From positions 553,151 to 585,150 of the forward strand of contig NZ_LN827929.1 of the NCBI RefSeq assembly GCF_000981505.1: a stretch of DNA of 32,000 nucleotides. The letters are read 5' to 3'. Below the pieces are notes generated by a model. That model was not told the origin of the DNA, ran no database searches, and was given only the letters and a program-made list of their open reading frames with translations. This document shows positions 19,922-28,610 of this stretch, piece after piece. Numbering within the stretch: position 1 is the first letter of the stretch; every line of letters starts with the position of its first letter. This DNA comes from Candidatus Methylopumilus planktonicus. Its GTDB lineage: Bacteria; Pseudomonadota; Gammaproteobacteria; Burkholderiales; Methylophilaceae. A program made the position numbers and the translations under genes.

Positions 19922-21397
19922 TTAGAGCTTATTTTCACCGATTTCAATACTCTGACGCCAAAATTGTTCAGGCTTGTCAAAAATGATTTTGGATTCAGCA
20001 GGGTCGGCACTTCCAGCAGGGTAGGTAAAAACCGGGCTCTTATCTTCATTCCAGGCTTTAATCACAGGATCAAGGAGCCTCCAGGACGCTTCGACCTCGT
20101 TAATATGCAAGTATAACGATTGATCACCCTGCATGAGATTCAGGAGAAGTGACTCGTAAGCATCAACACTTTCATCACCTGTAATTCTATTCGGAGCATC
20201 CATAGCGACTGTTCTTACTTTAGTATCGAGTCCTGGAATTTTCGTTTGGATTTCAAAGCGGGTAAATTCTTTAGGTTGAATGCTAATGACGAGCCAGTTA
20301 TCTGCTTGATCAGGGAGCGAAAGGGGTGATTTTTTAAATTTAATAGCTATAGCAGTATCAGATGCGTGAAGACGTTTTGCTGTTCGGACAAAGATAGGTA
20401 CACCCTTCCATCTAGGTGTGTTGATGTAGAACTTCAGTGCTGCATAAGTTTCAACCACACTTGCCGGATTTTCTAATTCTTCTAAGTAGCCTTTTACTTC
20501 CTCACCATTGACTTTTCCTCGTCCATACTGTGCTTTAAAAGTGTGTTTTCTAAGCTCATCAAGTGGAATAGGTGTAATCGATTCAAGCACCTTAATTTTT
20601 TCAGCACGTATATGTTCAGGGCTTAATGTTACTGGTATTTCCATTGTGGTTAATGCAAGCATTTGCATAAGATGACTTTGAATCATATCTCTTAGGGCGC
20701 CTGTCGCATCATAAAATTTAGTTCTCTCGCCGACACCAAGCGTTTCATTATTAGTAATTTGGATATGATCAATGTGTTCGTGTGTCCAAAGTGGATCAAA
20801 AATATGATTTGCAAAGCGGGTCAGCAGAATATTTTGTAATGCAGATTTACCAAGATAATGATCGATACGATAAATTTGTGTTTCTTTTAAATGCTTTGTG
20901 ATTGATTTTTGAAGTGCTTGTGCTGTTTCTAAGTTAGTGCCAAATGGTTTTTCAATAACAACACGACGCCAGGCTTTGCTTTCATCCGTTAAGCCAACGC
21001 CTGCAAGTAAATCAACAATAGACGCAAAGTCAGATGGTCTAACGGATAAAAAGAAAGCTAAATTTTGTGGGAAAGTTGATGCATCAGAAAGTCTTTCGCT
21101 AAGCCGTTTAAAAGCATTTTCATCATCAGGAGGATTCGCGTGATAAAAATTTCTAGCAATAAAACGGTCAAAAACTTTTGCGTCATAATTTTTTTTAAAT
21201 TTAATATCAAGCATCGACTTAATGTCATCTCGCCATGCTGATTCTTTCACATCAGATCTTCCAACAGAGAGAATTTTTATTTTTTCAGGGAGTCTACCGA
21301 GAGAATCAAGCCTAAAAAGACCTGGAATAAGTTTTATTCTAGAAAGGTTTCCGCTTGCACCGAAGAGGACTAGGGTGCAGTCATCAATTTTTGTCAT
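19922..21397 (-). CDS. zwf: Glucose-6-phosphate 1-dehydrogenase
   Basis: 491 aa with N-terminal LVLFGASGNLSRIKL.P (dinucleotide site), the active-site region RIDHYLGK, and a typical length. Confidence 0.93.
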   Translation of the reverse strand: MTKIDDCTLVLFGASGNLSRIKLIPGLFRLDSLGRLPEKIKILSVGRSDVKESAWRDDIKSMLDIKFKKNYDAKVFDRFIARNFYHANPPDDENAFKRLSERLSDASTFPQNLAFFLSVRPSDFASIVDLLAGVGLTDESKAWRRVVIEKPFGTNLETAQALQKSITKHLKETQIYRIDHYLGKSALQNILLTRFANHIFDPLWTHEHIDHIQITNNETLGVGERTKFYDATGALRDMIQSHLMQMLALTTMEIPVTLSPEHIRAEKIKVLESITPIPLDELRKHTFKAQYGRGKVNGEEVKGYLEELENPASVVETYAALKFYINTPRWKGVPIFVRTAKRLHASDTAIAIKFKKSPLSLPDQADNWLVISIQPKEFTRFEIQTKIPGLDTKVRTVAMDAPNRITGDESVDAYESLLLNLMQGDQSLYLHINEVEASWRLLDPVIKAWNEDKSPVFTYPAGSADPAESKIIFDKPEQFWRQSIEIGENKL

Positions 21398-21421
21398 AGA
21401 TAATTTGAGATGATATAAAAG

Positions 21422-22330
21422 TTATTTAGTTTTTTTTACTACATGACCACCAAATGCATTACGCATAACTGATAGCAATCTATAACCATAACCTTGTTTT
21501 TCTTGGCTTCTGAATCTCACTTGTAATGCAAGCGTCAGCACAGGTGTTGGAATACCTTGCTCGATGGATTCAACAACAGTCCATCTGCCTTCACCTGAGT
21601 CAGCGACATAAGGAGCAACTTCATCAAGTGTTTGATCTTCTTTAAGGGCATCTGCGGTTAAATCTAACAACCAGCTTCTTACCACTGAACCATGTTTCCA
21701 TAATTCTGTAATTTGCGCTAAATCAAGTTTAAATTCACTTTTCCCTTTAAGGAGTTCAAGGCCTTCAGCGAATGATTCCATCATGCCGTATTCGATACCA
21801 TTGTGAATCATTTTAGTGAAGTGACCCGAACCTACAGGACCTACATGAGCCCAGCCACGATCTTCGTGCGCCAATGCTTGGAGAATAGGTTTCATGGTTG
21901 CTGCAACTTCTTCTTTTGCGCCCACCATTAAGCAGTAGCCATTTGCTAAACCCCAAACGCCTCCTGATGTTCCACAGTCCATAAAGCCAATACCTTTTTC
22001 TTCAAGGAATTTACCGATACGCTGAGAATCTTTGTAATTTGAATTACCACCATCAATAATAATGTCACCTTTATTGAGCATGGGGATGAGTTCATTGATT
22101 TGCTCTGCGGTAGGGTTACCTGCTGGCACCATAAGCCATACGATTTTTTGACCGTCTAATTTTGTTAAAGCATCAGCAACTGAAGTTGCACCAATCATTT
22201 TTGCTTTTTCTTCTAGCGTTTTTACAACTTCTGCACTTCGGTCAAAGCCTACAACAGAAATACCTTTTTGAATGAGACGAGTAGCCATATTGCCACCCAT
22301 TTTTCCGAGACCAATCATTGCTAATTTCAT
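21422..22330 (-). CDS. gnd: 6-phosphogluconate dehydrogenase, decarboxylating, short (about 300 aa) form
   Basis: 302 aa with MIGLGKMGGNMA Rossmann motif, IIDGGNS, GTSGGVWG and HNGIEYG. This is the short YqeC/GndA-like class. It lies 24 nt upstream of zwf. Confidence 0.85.
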   Translation of the reverse strand: MKLAMIGLGKMGGNMATRLIQKGISVVGFDRSAEVVKTLEEKAKMIGATSVADALTKLDGQKIVWLMVPAGNPTAEQINELIPMLNKGDIIIDGGNSNYKDSQRIGKFLEEKGIGFMDCGTSGGVWGLANGYCLMVGAKEEVAATMKPILQALAHEDRGWAHVGPVGSGHFTKMIHNGIEYGMMESFAEGLELLKGKSEFKLDLAQITELWKHGSVVRSWLLDLTADALKEDQTLDEVAPYVADSGEGRWTVVESIEQGIPTPVLTLALQVRFRSQEKQGYGYRLLSVMRNAFGGHVVKKTK

Positions 22331-22483
22331 TTTTTTACCTTTTTATGGAAGATTTGTCATTACTTAATCTTTTGGATTAAAGCAAATTAGTTTAAAGTGC
22401 GATACAAGTTAAATTATATCAAACGCAAGCCCCTTCAAGGAATTGATTTCGATATAAAATCTTCATTATTTTGAAAGATTTTC
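22331..22483. promoter_or_regulatory. Divergent intergenic region between gnd-zwf (minus) and pgl (plus)
   Basis: A 153-nt AT-rich spacer between divergently transcribed genes of the oxidative pentose-phosphate branch. I could not confidently define an operator. Confidence 0.35.
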
Positions 22484-23161
22484 ATGAGTTTAAAAAATAC
22501 TAAATGGCAATCATTTGAAAGCCAAGTTTCCCTTGATCAGGCAGCTATGGATAGGGTTGAAAGGCTTGCTGAGGCTTCAATTAAAGTACGAGGTCAATTC
22601 CATCTTGTATTGGCAGGAGGCTCAACACCTAAAAACGTCTATACACTGCTTAAAAACATCAGCGCAGACTGGCATAAATGGCAGATCTACTTTGGCGATG
22701 AGCGTTGTCTAGAACCAAATCACCAAGAGCGAAACAGCACTATGGCGTTTGAAGCATGGCTTAATCATGTAGATATACCTGCGCAAAACATTCACGTGAT
22801 TCCTGCTGAACTGGGACCGGTTGAGGGTGCTCATTTATACAATAAAACATTAAGCCAGCTAGGTGATTTTGATTTGGTTCTTTTAGGACTTGGCGAAGAC
22901 GCCCATACTGCAAGCTTATTTCCTGGGCATAGCTGGGATAACAGTTTAGATGCTTTAGCGGTCTTTGATGCACCTAAACCACCCCCATTAAGAATATCAA
23001 TGTCTCCTGCACGTTTAAGCCGATCTAAATCTGTACTTTTTTTAGTAAGCGGAATAGAAAAACAAACGGCGATAAATCAATGGAAGGCAGGGGATGCAAT
23101 ACCCGCAAGTACTGTCACTTGCAATGATGGTGTAGATGTATTTTGTTTTAACGTAAGCTAG
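22484..23161 (+). CDS. pgl: 6-phosphogluconolactonase
   Basis: 225 aa carrying the NagB/Pgl family motifs LVLAGGSTP, FGDERC and LGLGEDAHTASLFPG. Confidence 0.88.
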   Translation: MSLKNTKWQSFESQVSLDQAAMDRVERLAEASIKVRGQFHLVLAGGSTPKNVYTLLKNISADWHKWQIYFGDERCLEPNHQERNSTMAFEAWLNHVDIPAQNIHVIPAELGPVEGAHLYNKTLSQLGDFDLVLLGLGEDAHTASLFPGHSWDNSLDALAVFDAPKPPPLRISMSPARLSRSKSVLFLVSGIEKQTAINQWKAGDAIPASTVTCNDGVDVFCFNVS

Positions 23162-24246
23162 GTTTTTTGAATCACAATATTTGGGAACTTATTGCTGTAA
23201 TCCTGAGCGAGTTTAGATACCTTAATTGCTGTTAAACGAGCAATTTTCTTGTAGGTTTTTGCAGCACTACTTTCAGGCTCCGCCACTACCATTGGGTTAC
23301 CACTATCAGACTGTTCTCTAATTTTAATATCCAAAGGCAAGCTTCCTAAAAGAGATACACCATAATCTTTACACATTTTTTCGGCGCCACCGGATCCAAA
23401 GATATGTTCCTCATTGCCACATTTTGAACAAGTGTGCATGGCCATATTTTCTACAATACCAATAATTGGAATATTTACTTTTTCAAACATTTTTAAACCG
23501 CGTCTAGCATCAAGAAGGGCAATATCCTGCGGTGTTGTGACGATAATGGCACCTGTTACAGGCACTTTTTGAGACAGGGTAAGCTGAATATCACCGGTAC
23601 CTGGCGGCAGGTCGACTACAAGGTAATCAAGATTATCCCATCTTGTTTCTTTTAAGAGCTGCTCAAGTGTGCTTGTCACCATAGGGCCACGCCATACCAT
23701 AGGCGTTTCTGTATCAACCAAAAACCCAATCGACATAGCTTGAATATTGTGCGCCATGACGGGCTCCATAGATTTGCCATCCTTACTTTCTGGTTTGGTA
23801 TATATCCCTAACATTTGTGGCTGACTTGGGCCATAAATATCAGCATCTAAGATGCCAACCCGAGCACCTTCGGCTGATAAAGCTAGAGCAAGATTGACAG
23901 CAGTAGTAGATTTTCCAACACCACCTTTACCTGAGGCGACAGCAATAATATTTTTAACGCCAGGAATAAGAGCGATACCTTTTTGCGCTGCATGAGAGGT
24001 AATCTTAAAATCAACCTCAATATTTAAATTGATTTGAGGTAGTGCTTTTTGAATTTGAGTGGCAATTAAATCTTTAATGTCTTTTAGTTGGCTTTTAGCA
24101 GGATAGCCAAGCAGGACTTTGATATCAACATCATTATTTTTAATTGAAATACTCTTGATAGATTTATCATTAACGAGGCTGTCGTTTGTATTAGGATCAA
24201 CAACGTCCTTTAATAGATCTTTTATTTGTTCTTCTGTGTAAGCCAT
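23158..24246 (-). CDS. apbC: Fe-S cluster carrier ATPase ApbC/Mrp (N-terminal DUF59-like domain plus ParA-type P-loop)
   Basis: 362 aa with the deviant Walker A SGKGGVGKST, the CxxC motif CSKCGNEEHIFG, and a divergent arrangement with metG as in E. coli mrp-metG. Confidence 0.9.
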   Translation of the reverse strand: MAYTEEQIKDLLKDVVDPNTNDSLVNDKSIKSISIKNNDVDIKVLLGYPAKSQLKDIKDLIATQIQKALPQINLNIEVDFKITSHAAQKGIALIPGVKNIIAVASGKGGVGKSTTAVNLALALSAEGARVGILDADIYGPSQPQMLGIYTKPESKDGKSMEPVMAHNIQAMSIGFLVDTETPMVWRGPMVTSTLEQLLKETRWDNLDYLVVDLPPGTGDIQLTLSQKVPVTGAIIVTTPQDIALLDARRGLKMFEKVNIPIIGIVENMAMHTCSKCGNEEHIFGSGGAEKMCKDYGVSLLGSLPLDIKIREQSDSGNPMVVAEPESSAAKTYKKIARLTAIKVSKLAQDYSNKFPNIVIQKT

Positions 24247-24329
24247 GAGGCTGTAATTTTAACCTATCTTAGTTAAGGCGTCATTTGATAGAATAGGGAC
24301 TTAGTTAAATCAATAAAGTTTCTCAATTC
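24247..24329. promoter_or_regulatory. Divergent apbC/metG intergenic region
   Basis: An 83-nt spacer between divergent genes. It contains a TTGATA hexamer, but I found no well-spaced -10. Confidence 0.3.
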
Positions 24330-26363
24330 ATGCGAAAGCTCTTAATTACATCAGCCTTGCCTTATGCGAATGGAAGCATTCATTTGGGCCATTTAGTTGA
24401 ATATATCCAAACTGATATTTGGGTGAGATTCCAAAAGATGCAAGGCCATGAAGCATACTATGTATGCGCTGACGATACGCATGGAACACCTATTATGCTT
24501 AGGGCTGAAAAAGAAGGAGTTACGCCAGAAGAGCTCATAAAAAAAGTGCATATAGAGCATTCAAAAGACTTTTCTGATTTCTTTGTAAATTTTGATAACT
24601 TTTATTCTACAAACTCCCCTGAAAATCTTGAGCTCTCTCAAATTGTTTATAAAAAACTTAAACAGAACAACAAGATTTATACGAAAACGATTGAGCAATT
24701 TTACGATCCTGCAAAAGAAATGTTTTTACCTGATCGGTTTATTAAAGGTGAGTGTCCAAAGTGTCATGCCAAAGACCAATATGGTGATTCATGTGAAGTT
24801 TGCGGTGCAACATATGCACCTACAGAATTAATTAACCCAACATCTTCTGTGTCAGGTGCGGTGCCTTTTAGAAAAGAAACAGAGCATTACTTCTTCAAGC
24901 TTTCAGAGTGTGAATCATTTTTAGCCGACTGGACATCTTCTGGAACGCTTCAACAAGAAGCCGCTAATAAAATGAAAGAGTGGTTTAAATCTGGGCTAGC
25001 CGATTGGGATATCTCAAGAGATGCACCTTATTTTGGCTTTGAAATTCCAAATGCACCTGGTAAATATTTTTATGTATGGCTCGATGCCCCAATTGGTTAC
25101 ATGGCGAGCTTTAAAAAACTTTGTGAAGATAAAAAAATAAATTTTGACGAGTTCTGGAATGCAGATTCAAAAACAGAGCTCTATCATTTCATTGGAAAAG
25201 ATATTCTTTATTTCCATGCTCTATTTTGGCCCGCAACACTTGAATTTTCAGGCTACAGAAAACCTACTAAGATTTTTGCTCATGGTTTTCTTACAGTAAA
25301 TGCAGAAAAGATGTCTAAATCACGTGGCACTTTCATAACCGCCCGAAGTTATTTAGATCATATTAAAAATCCAGATTATCTTAGATATTATTATGCAGCT
25401 AAATTAAATAGCACAATGGAAGATATTGATCTTAATTTGGATGATTTCTTATCTCGCGTGAACAGTGATCTTGTAGGTAAGTTTATTAATATCGCAAGTC
25501 GAACATCAGGATTTATTCATAAGTATTTTGAAGGTAAACTTTTCCTTGATGATTCAAAAACCGACCAAGAGCATATTTCTGTTTCGCAAAAATGTAAGGA
25601 TATAGAAAATGAAATTAAAACGTGTTTTGAAGCAAGGGAGTATGGTCATGCGGTTCGTGAAATTATGCGTGTAGCAGATATTACAAATGAGTACGTGAAT
25701 ACTAAAGCCCCTTGGACGCTTGCAAAAGATGAAGCGCAACATAAACCTGGCTCAGAATTACATGTCATATGTAGCCGAAGTCTTGAGGCCTTTAGAAGAC
25801 TTTCTATTTATCTCACACCAATACTTCCAAAGCTTACGAAAGATATCGCAATATTCTTTAATGAAAAAGAATTCGCATCGTTTAAAGATATTGATAAGAA
25901 AGATATTACTGTTAATGAGTATCAACATATATTAACTAGAGTTGAAAAGAAAGATATCGACATGATGATTGAATCAAATAAAGAATCGCTAGACAAACAT
26001 ACTGAACCCCCGAAAAAGGTAGACGACAATCAATCAACTATTTTGATAGATGACTTTTTGAAGATTGATTTAAGAGTTGCACTTATTAAAGAAGCCTCCT
26101 TCGTTGAAGGTGCAGACAGTCTTCTGAAGCTAACTCTAGATATTAATGATGGTCGATTAAGACAGGTTTTTGCTGGGATAAAATCGAAATATAATCCTGA
26201 TCAGCTTGTTGGAAAATTAACTGTTATGGTTGCTAATTTAAAGCCGAGACAAATGAAATTTGGTTTATCCGAGGGTATGGTGTTAGCCGCAAGCAATGAA
26301 TCTGAAGGACCGTTTGTTTTATATCCAGATCAAGGGGCTAAACCTGGTATGCGTATTAAATAA
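24330..26363 (+). CDS. metG: Methionyl-tRNA synthetase with C-terminal tRNA-binding (Trbp111/EMAP-like) domain
   Basis: 677 aa with a HIGH motif (GSIHLGHL), zinc knuckles CPKCH..CEVCG, KMSKS present verbatim, and a C-terminal OB-fold tail ([14 protein letters not shown]). Confidence 0.96.
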   Translation: MRKLLITSALPYANGSIHLGHLVEYIQTDIWVRFQKMQGHEAYYVCADDTHGTPIMLRAEKEGVTPEELIKKVHIEHSKDFSDFFVNFDNFYSTNSPENLELSQIVYKKLKQNNKIYTKTIEQFYDPAKEMFLPDRFIKGECPKCHAKDQYGDSCEVCGATYAPTELINPTSSVSGAVPFRKETEHYFFKLSECESFLADWTSSGTLQQEAANKMKEWFKSGLADWDISRDAPYFGFEIPNAPGKYFYVWLDAPIGYMASFKKLCEDKKINFDEFWNADSKTELYHFIGKDILYFHALFWPATLEFSGYRKPTKIFAHGFLTVNAEKMSKSRGTFITARSYLDHIKNPDYLRYYYAAKLNSTMEDIDLNLDDFLSRVNSDLVGKFINIASRTSGFIHKYFEGKLFLDDSKTDQEHISVSQKCKDIENEIKTCFEAREYGHAVREIMRVADITNEYVNTKAPWTLAKDEAQHKPGSELHVICSRSLEAFRRLSIYLTPILPKLTKDIAIFFNEKEFASFKDIDKKDITVNEYQHILTRVEKKDIDMMIESNKESLDKHTEPPKKVDDNQSTILIDDFLKIDLRVALIKEASFVEGADSLLKLTLDINDGRLRQVFAGIKSKYNPDQLVGKLTVMVANLKPRQMKFGLSEGMVLAASNESEGPFVLYPDQGAKPGMRIK

Positions 26364-27065
26364 TTAACTTTGGTTAATTTCTAGGTAAATCTTTTCTAAA
26401 GTTTTTGATGGATTTTCTGATTGAGTAATAGGCCTTCCAATCACTAAGTGACTTGATCCAGCCTTAATGGCTTCATAAGGTGTCATAGTTCTTCTCTGGT
26501 CATTCGCGACATCATCCGTCATTCTTATACCTGGCGTTACAAATAAAAATAATGAGTTAAAGTGATTTTTCAGAAATGATAAATCCTTAGCTGAGCAGAC
26601 AACACCATTAAGCCCACTTTTTTCAGTTAACTTCGCAAGACGCAAAACCTGATCTTCTAAATTTCTAGATACACCAATTTCTTCTAAAGTCTTTTGTTCC
26701 ATACTTGTTAAGACAGTGACCGCAATAAGAAGAGGTGATTGCTTGGCTTTATTTACACCTTCTAGAGCAGCCTCTAACATCATACTTCCTCCTGAAGCAT
26801 GAACATTGATCATCCATACTCCTAAATAGCTTGCAGCCTCGCATGCTTTTTTCACCGTGGAAGGAATGTCGTGAAATTTAAGATCTAGAAATACTTTGAA
26901 ATTTTTACTGTGCAGATATTCGATGAGAGCAGGGCCGGTTGCAGTGAATAATTCTTTTCCGACTTTAAGATTACAATATTCTGGATTAAGTTTCGAAACT
27001 AATGATTTTGCATCTGTAAGATTTGCATAATCGAGTGCTACAGTAATTTTATGATCTGCTGCCAT
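26364..27065 (-). CDS. pyrF: Orotidine-5'-phosphate decarboxylase
   Basis: 233 aa with DLKFHDIP, VHASGG and a C-terminal LVIGRPIT. It follows lapB as in E. coli yciM-pyrF, and its start overlaps the lapB stop by 1 nt (TAATG). Confidence 0.92.
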   Translation of the reverse strand: MAADHKITVALDYANLTDAKSLVSKLNPEYCNLKVGKELFTATGPALIEYLHSKNFKVFLDLKFHDIPSTVKKACEAASYLGVWMINVHASGGSMMLEAALEGVNKAKQSPLLIAVTVLTSMEQKTLEEIGVSRNLEDQVLRLAKLTEKSGLNGVVCSAKDLSFLKNHFNSLFLFVTPGIRMTDDVANDQRRTMTPYEAIKAGSSHLVIGRPITQSENPSKTLEKIYLEINQS

Positions 27066-28237
27066 TAACTAATTTCATTCATCTCAGTAGGTTCTGATGG
27101 AAGTGCTTCCCAAGCGTTACAAGCAGGACATTGCCAATGATGTTGCTTGGCTTTAAAGCCACAGTCGCTGCATGTAAATAAACGTCTATTACCAATAGCA
27201 TTTCGAACAGTTTGTTGAATAAGCTGAATATCTTGTTCCTTTTGCTTGCTATTCATAGCACGTGCTTGAAATAATTGATCCAAGGCTTGGAGACTTGGTT
27301 TTCTTATAAGCTCTTTTCGTGCAAGTTCTTCAGCCATTTCAGAGCCTTCTAATTTTAATGTCGCTTCATAGATCACATTAAGTAATGATCTTAATTTGTA
27401 ATTTTCAAAATAAAGATTTAGAAGCGATAAACCTTCTTCAGGTTTTTTGAGCTTTTCAAATGAATTAAGTATTTTAGATGCTACAAGGCCTAGAGACTCT
27501 GGATCTTGAAACTCAATTTTTTTCCAGTAATTGATCGCTTTATTATGTTCACCATCTTCTGCATCTAAATCTCCGAGTAGGATATTTGCACGAACACACT
27601 TTTTATGAGCATTGAGTGCGTCATTCAGTGATTTAAATGCTGACTTCTTGTCTTTATCTAAAATACCATCAAGTGCAATCTCGCAGTGGTAATGACTAAT
27701 TTGTAATCTAAATGATACGCCTGATTCTTTTTCTAATTTTGTTGCCATCTTGATTGCATTTTGCCATTCACGTTCTTTCACGTAAATTTCCAAGAGCGCA
27801 TTAGATGCATATTGTTTATATTTGCCAGATTCTAACTTTAAGAATAATTCTTCAGCGCGATCAAATAAGCCAGCTTTAAGATAATCTTGCGCTAATTCTG
27901 CTTTGACGGATTCTTCTTGGGCTGGATTAAGATCGCGATTTTCTAATAAATCTAAGTGCATATTAATAGCTCGATCTATATGGCCTATACGTCTTAAGAT
28001 GCTGCCTAAAGCAAAGTGCAGCTCAAGTGATTCATTGTTAATACGAACTGCATCCATAAAAGCATCCACTGCTTTTTCGTATTGGTTAGTAATTAAGTAG
28101 TTAAGACCTTTAAAGTAGGTCGCAGGAAGGCTCGTAGATTCTTTCATGAGCTGTTTAATATCAATGCGAGCGGCTACCCATCCTAATGCAAAGAAGAAGG
28201 GGATAACAAGGAGCCACCAATATTCGAATTGAATCAT
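27065..28237 (-). CDS. lapB: Lipopolysaccharide assembly protein B (TPR protein with C-terminal rubredoxin-like zinc finger)
   Basis: 390 aa with an N-terminal TM, TPR repeats throughout, and a C-terminal CSDCGFKAKQHHWQCPACNAW. It is colinear with E. coli LapB/YciM. Confidence 0.9.
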   Translation of the reverse strand: MIQFEYWWLLVIPFFFALGWVAARIDIKQLMKESTSLPATYFKGLNYLITNQYEKAVDAFMDAVRINNESLELHFALGSILRRIGHIDRAINMHLDLLENRDLNPAQEESVKAELAQDYLKAGLFDRAEELFLKLESGKYKQYASNALLEIYVKEREWQNAIKMATKLEKESGVSFRLQISHYHCEIALDGILDKDKKSAFKSLNDALNAHKKCVRANILLGDLDAEDGEHNKAINYWKKIEFQDPESLGLVASKILNSFEKLKKPEEGLSLLNLYFENYKLRSLLNVIYEATLKLEGSEMAEELARKELIRKPSLQALDQLFQARAMNSKQKEQDIQLIQQTVRNAIGNRRLFTCSDCGFKAKQHHWQCPACNAWEALPSEPTEMNEIS

Positions 28238-28246
28238 AATTGATTT

Positions 28247-28274
28247 ATTGTATATCTATTAATTGATAGATCAA
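28247..28274 (-). promoter_or_regulatory. Candidate sigma70-type promoter for lapB-pyrF
   Basis: On the minus strand the sequence reads TTGATC, 16 nt, TACAAT. The -10 lies only 9 nt from the lapB ATG, implying a very short leader or none. The spacer contains the inverted repeat ATCTAT-N6-ATAGAT (28254-28271). Assigned by eye only. Confidence 0.3.
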
Positions 28275-28308
28275 AAAAAAGCATACCTTGGTAAGAAGAT
28301 ATGCTTTT
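28273..28308 (-). terminator. Rho-independent terminator after ihfB
   Basis: Stem AAAAGCATA (28277-28285) / TATGCTTTT (28300-28308), extendable by CTT/AAG pairs inside the loop. On the minus strand it runs into a T8 tract. Confidence 0.55.
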
Positions 28309-28323
28309 AAATGATGTTTAGTC

Positions 28324-28602
28324 TTATTTATCAACGCGATCTCTAAGTTCTTTACCTGCTTTAAAGTGTGGAACATATTTTTCTGGTACTTCCACTTTTG
28401 AACCTGTTTTAGGATTTCTGCCTAAACGAGGTGGTCGGTAATTTAAACTGAAACTACCAAATCCTCTAATTTCAATTCTTTTACCTTTAGAGAGCGTTTC
28501 GCCCATAGCATCAAGAATTGTTTTGACGGATAACTCAGCGTCTTTAAAGACTAACTGAGAGAAACGGCTAGCAAGTAAGTTGATTAATTTAGACTTAGTC
28601 AT
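28324..28602 (-). CDS. ihfB: Integration host factor subunit beta
   Basis: 92 aa HU/IHF fold ([36 protein letters not shown]). The position directly after rpsA is conserved. Confidence 0.93.
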   Translation of the reverse strand: MTKSKLINLLASRFSQLVFKDAELSVKTILDAMGETLSKGKRIEIRGFGSFSLNYRPPRLGRNPKTGSKVEVPEKYVPHFKAGKELRDRVDK

Positions 28603-28610
28603 AAGGTTAA

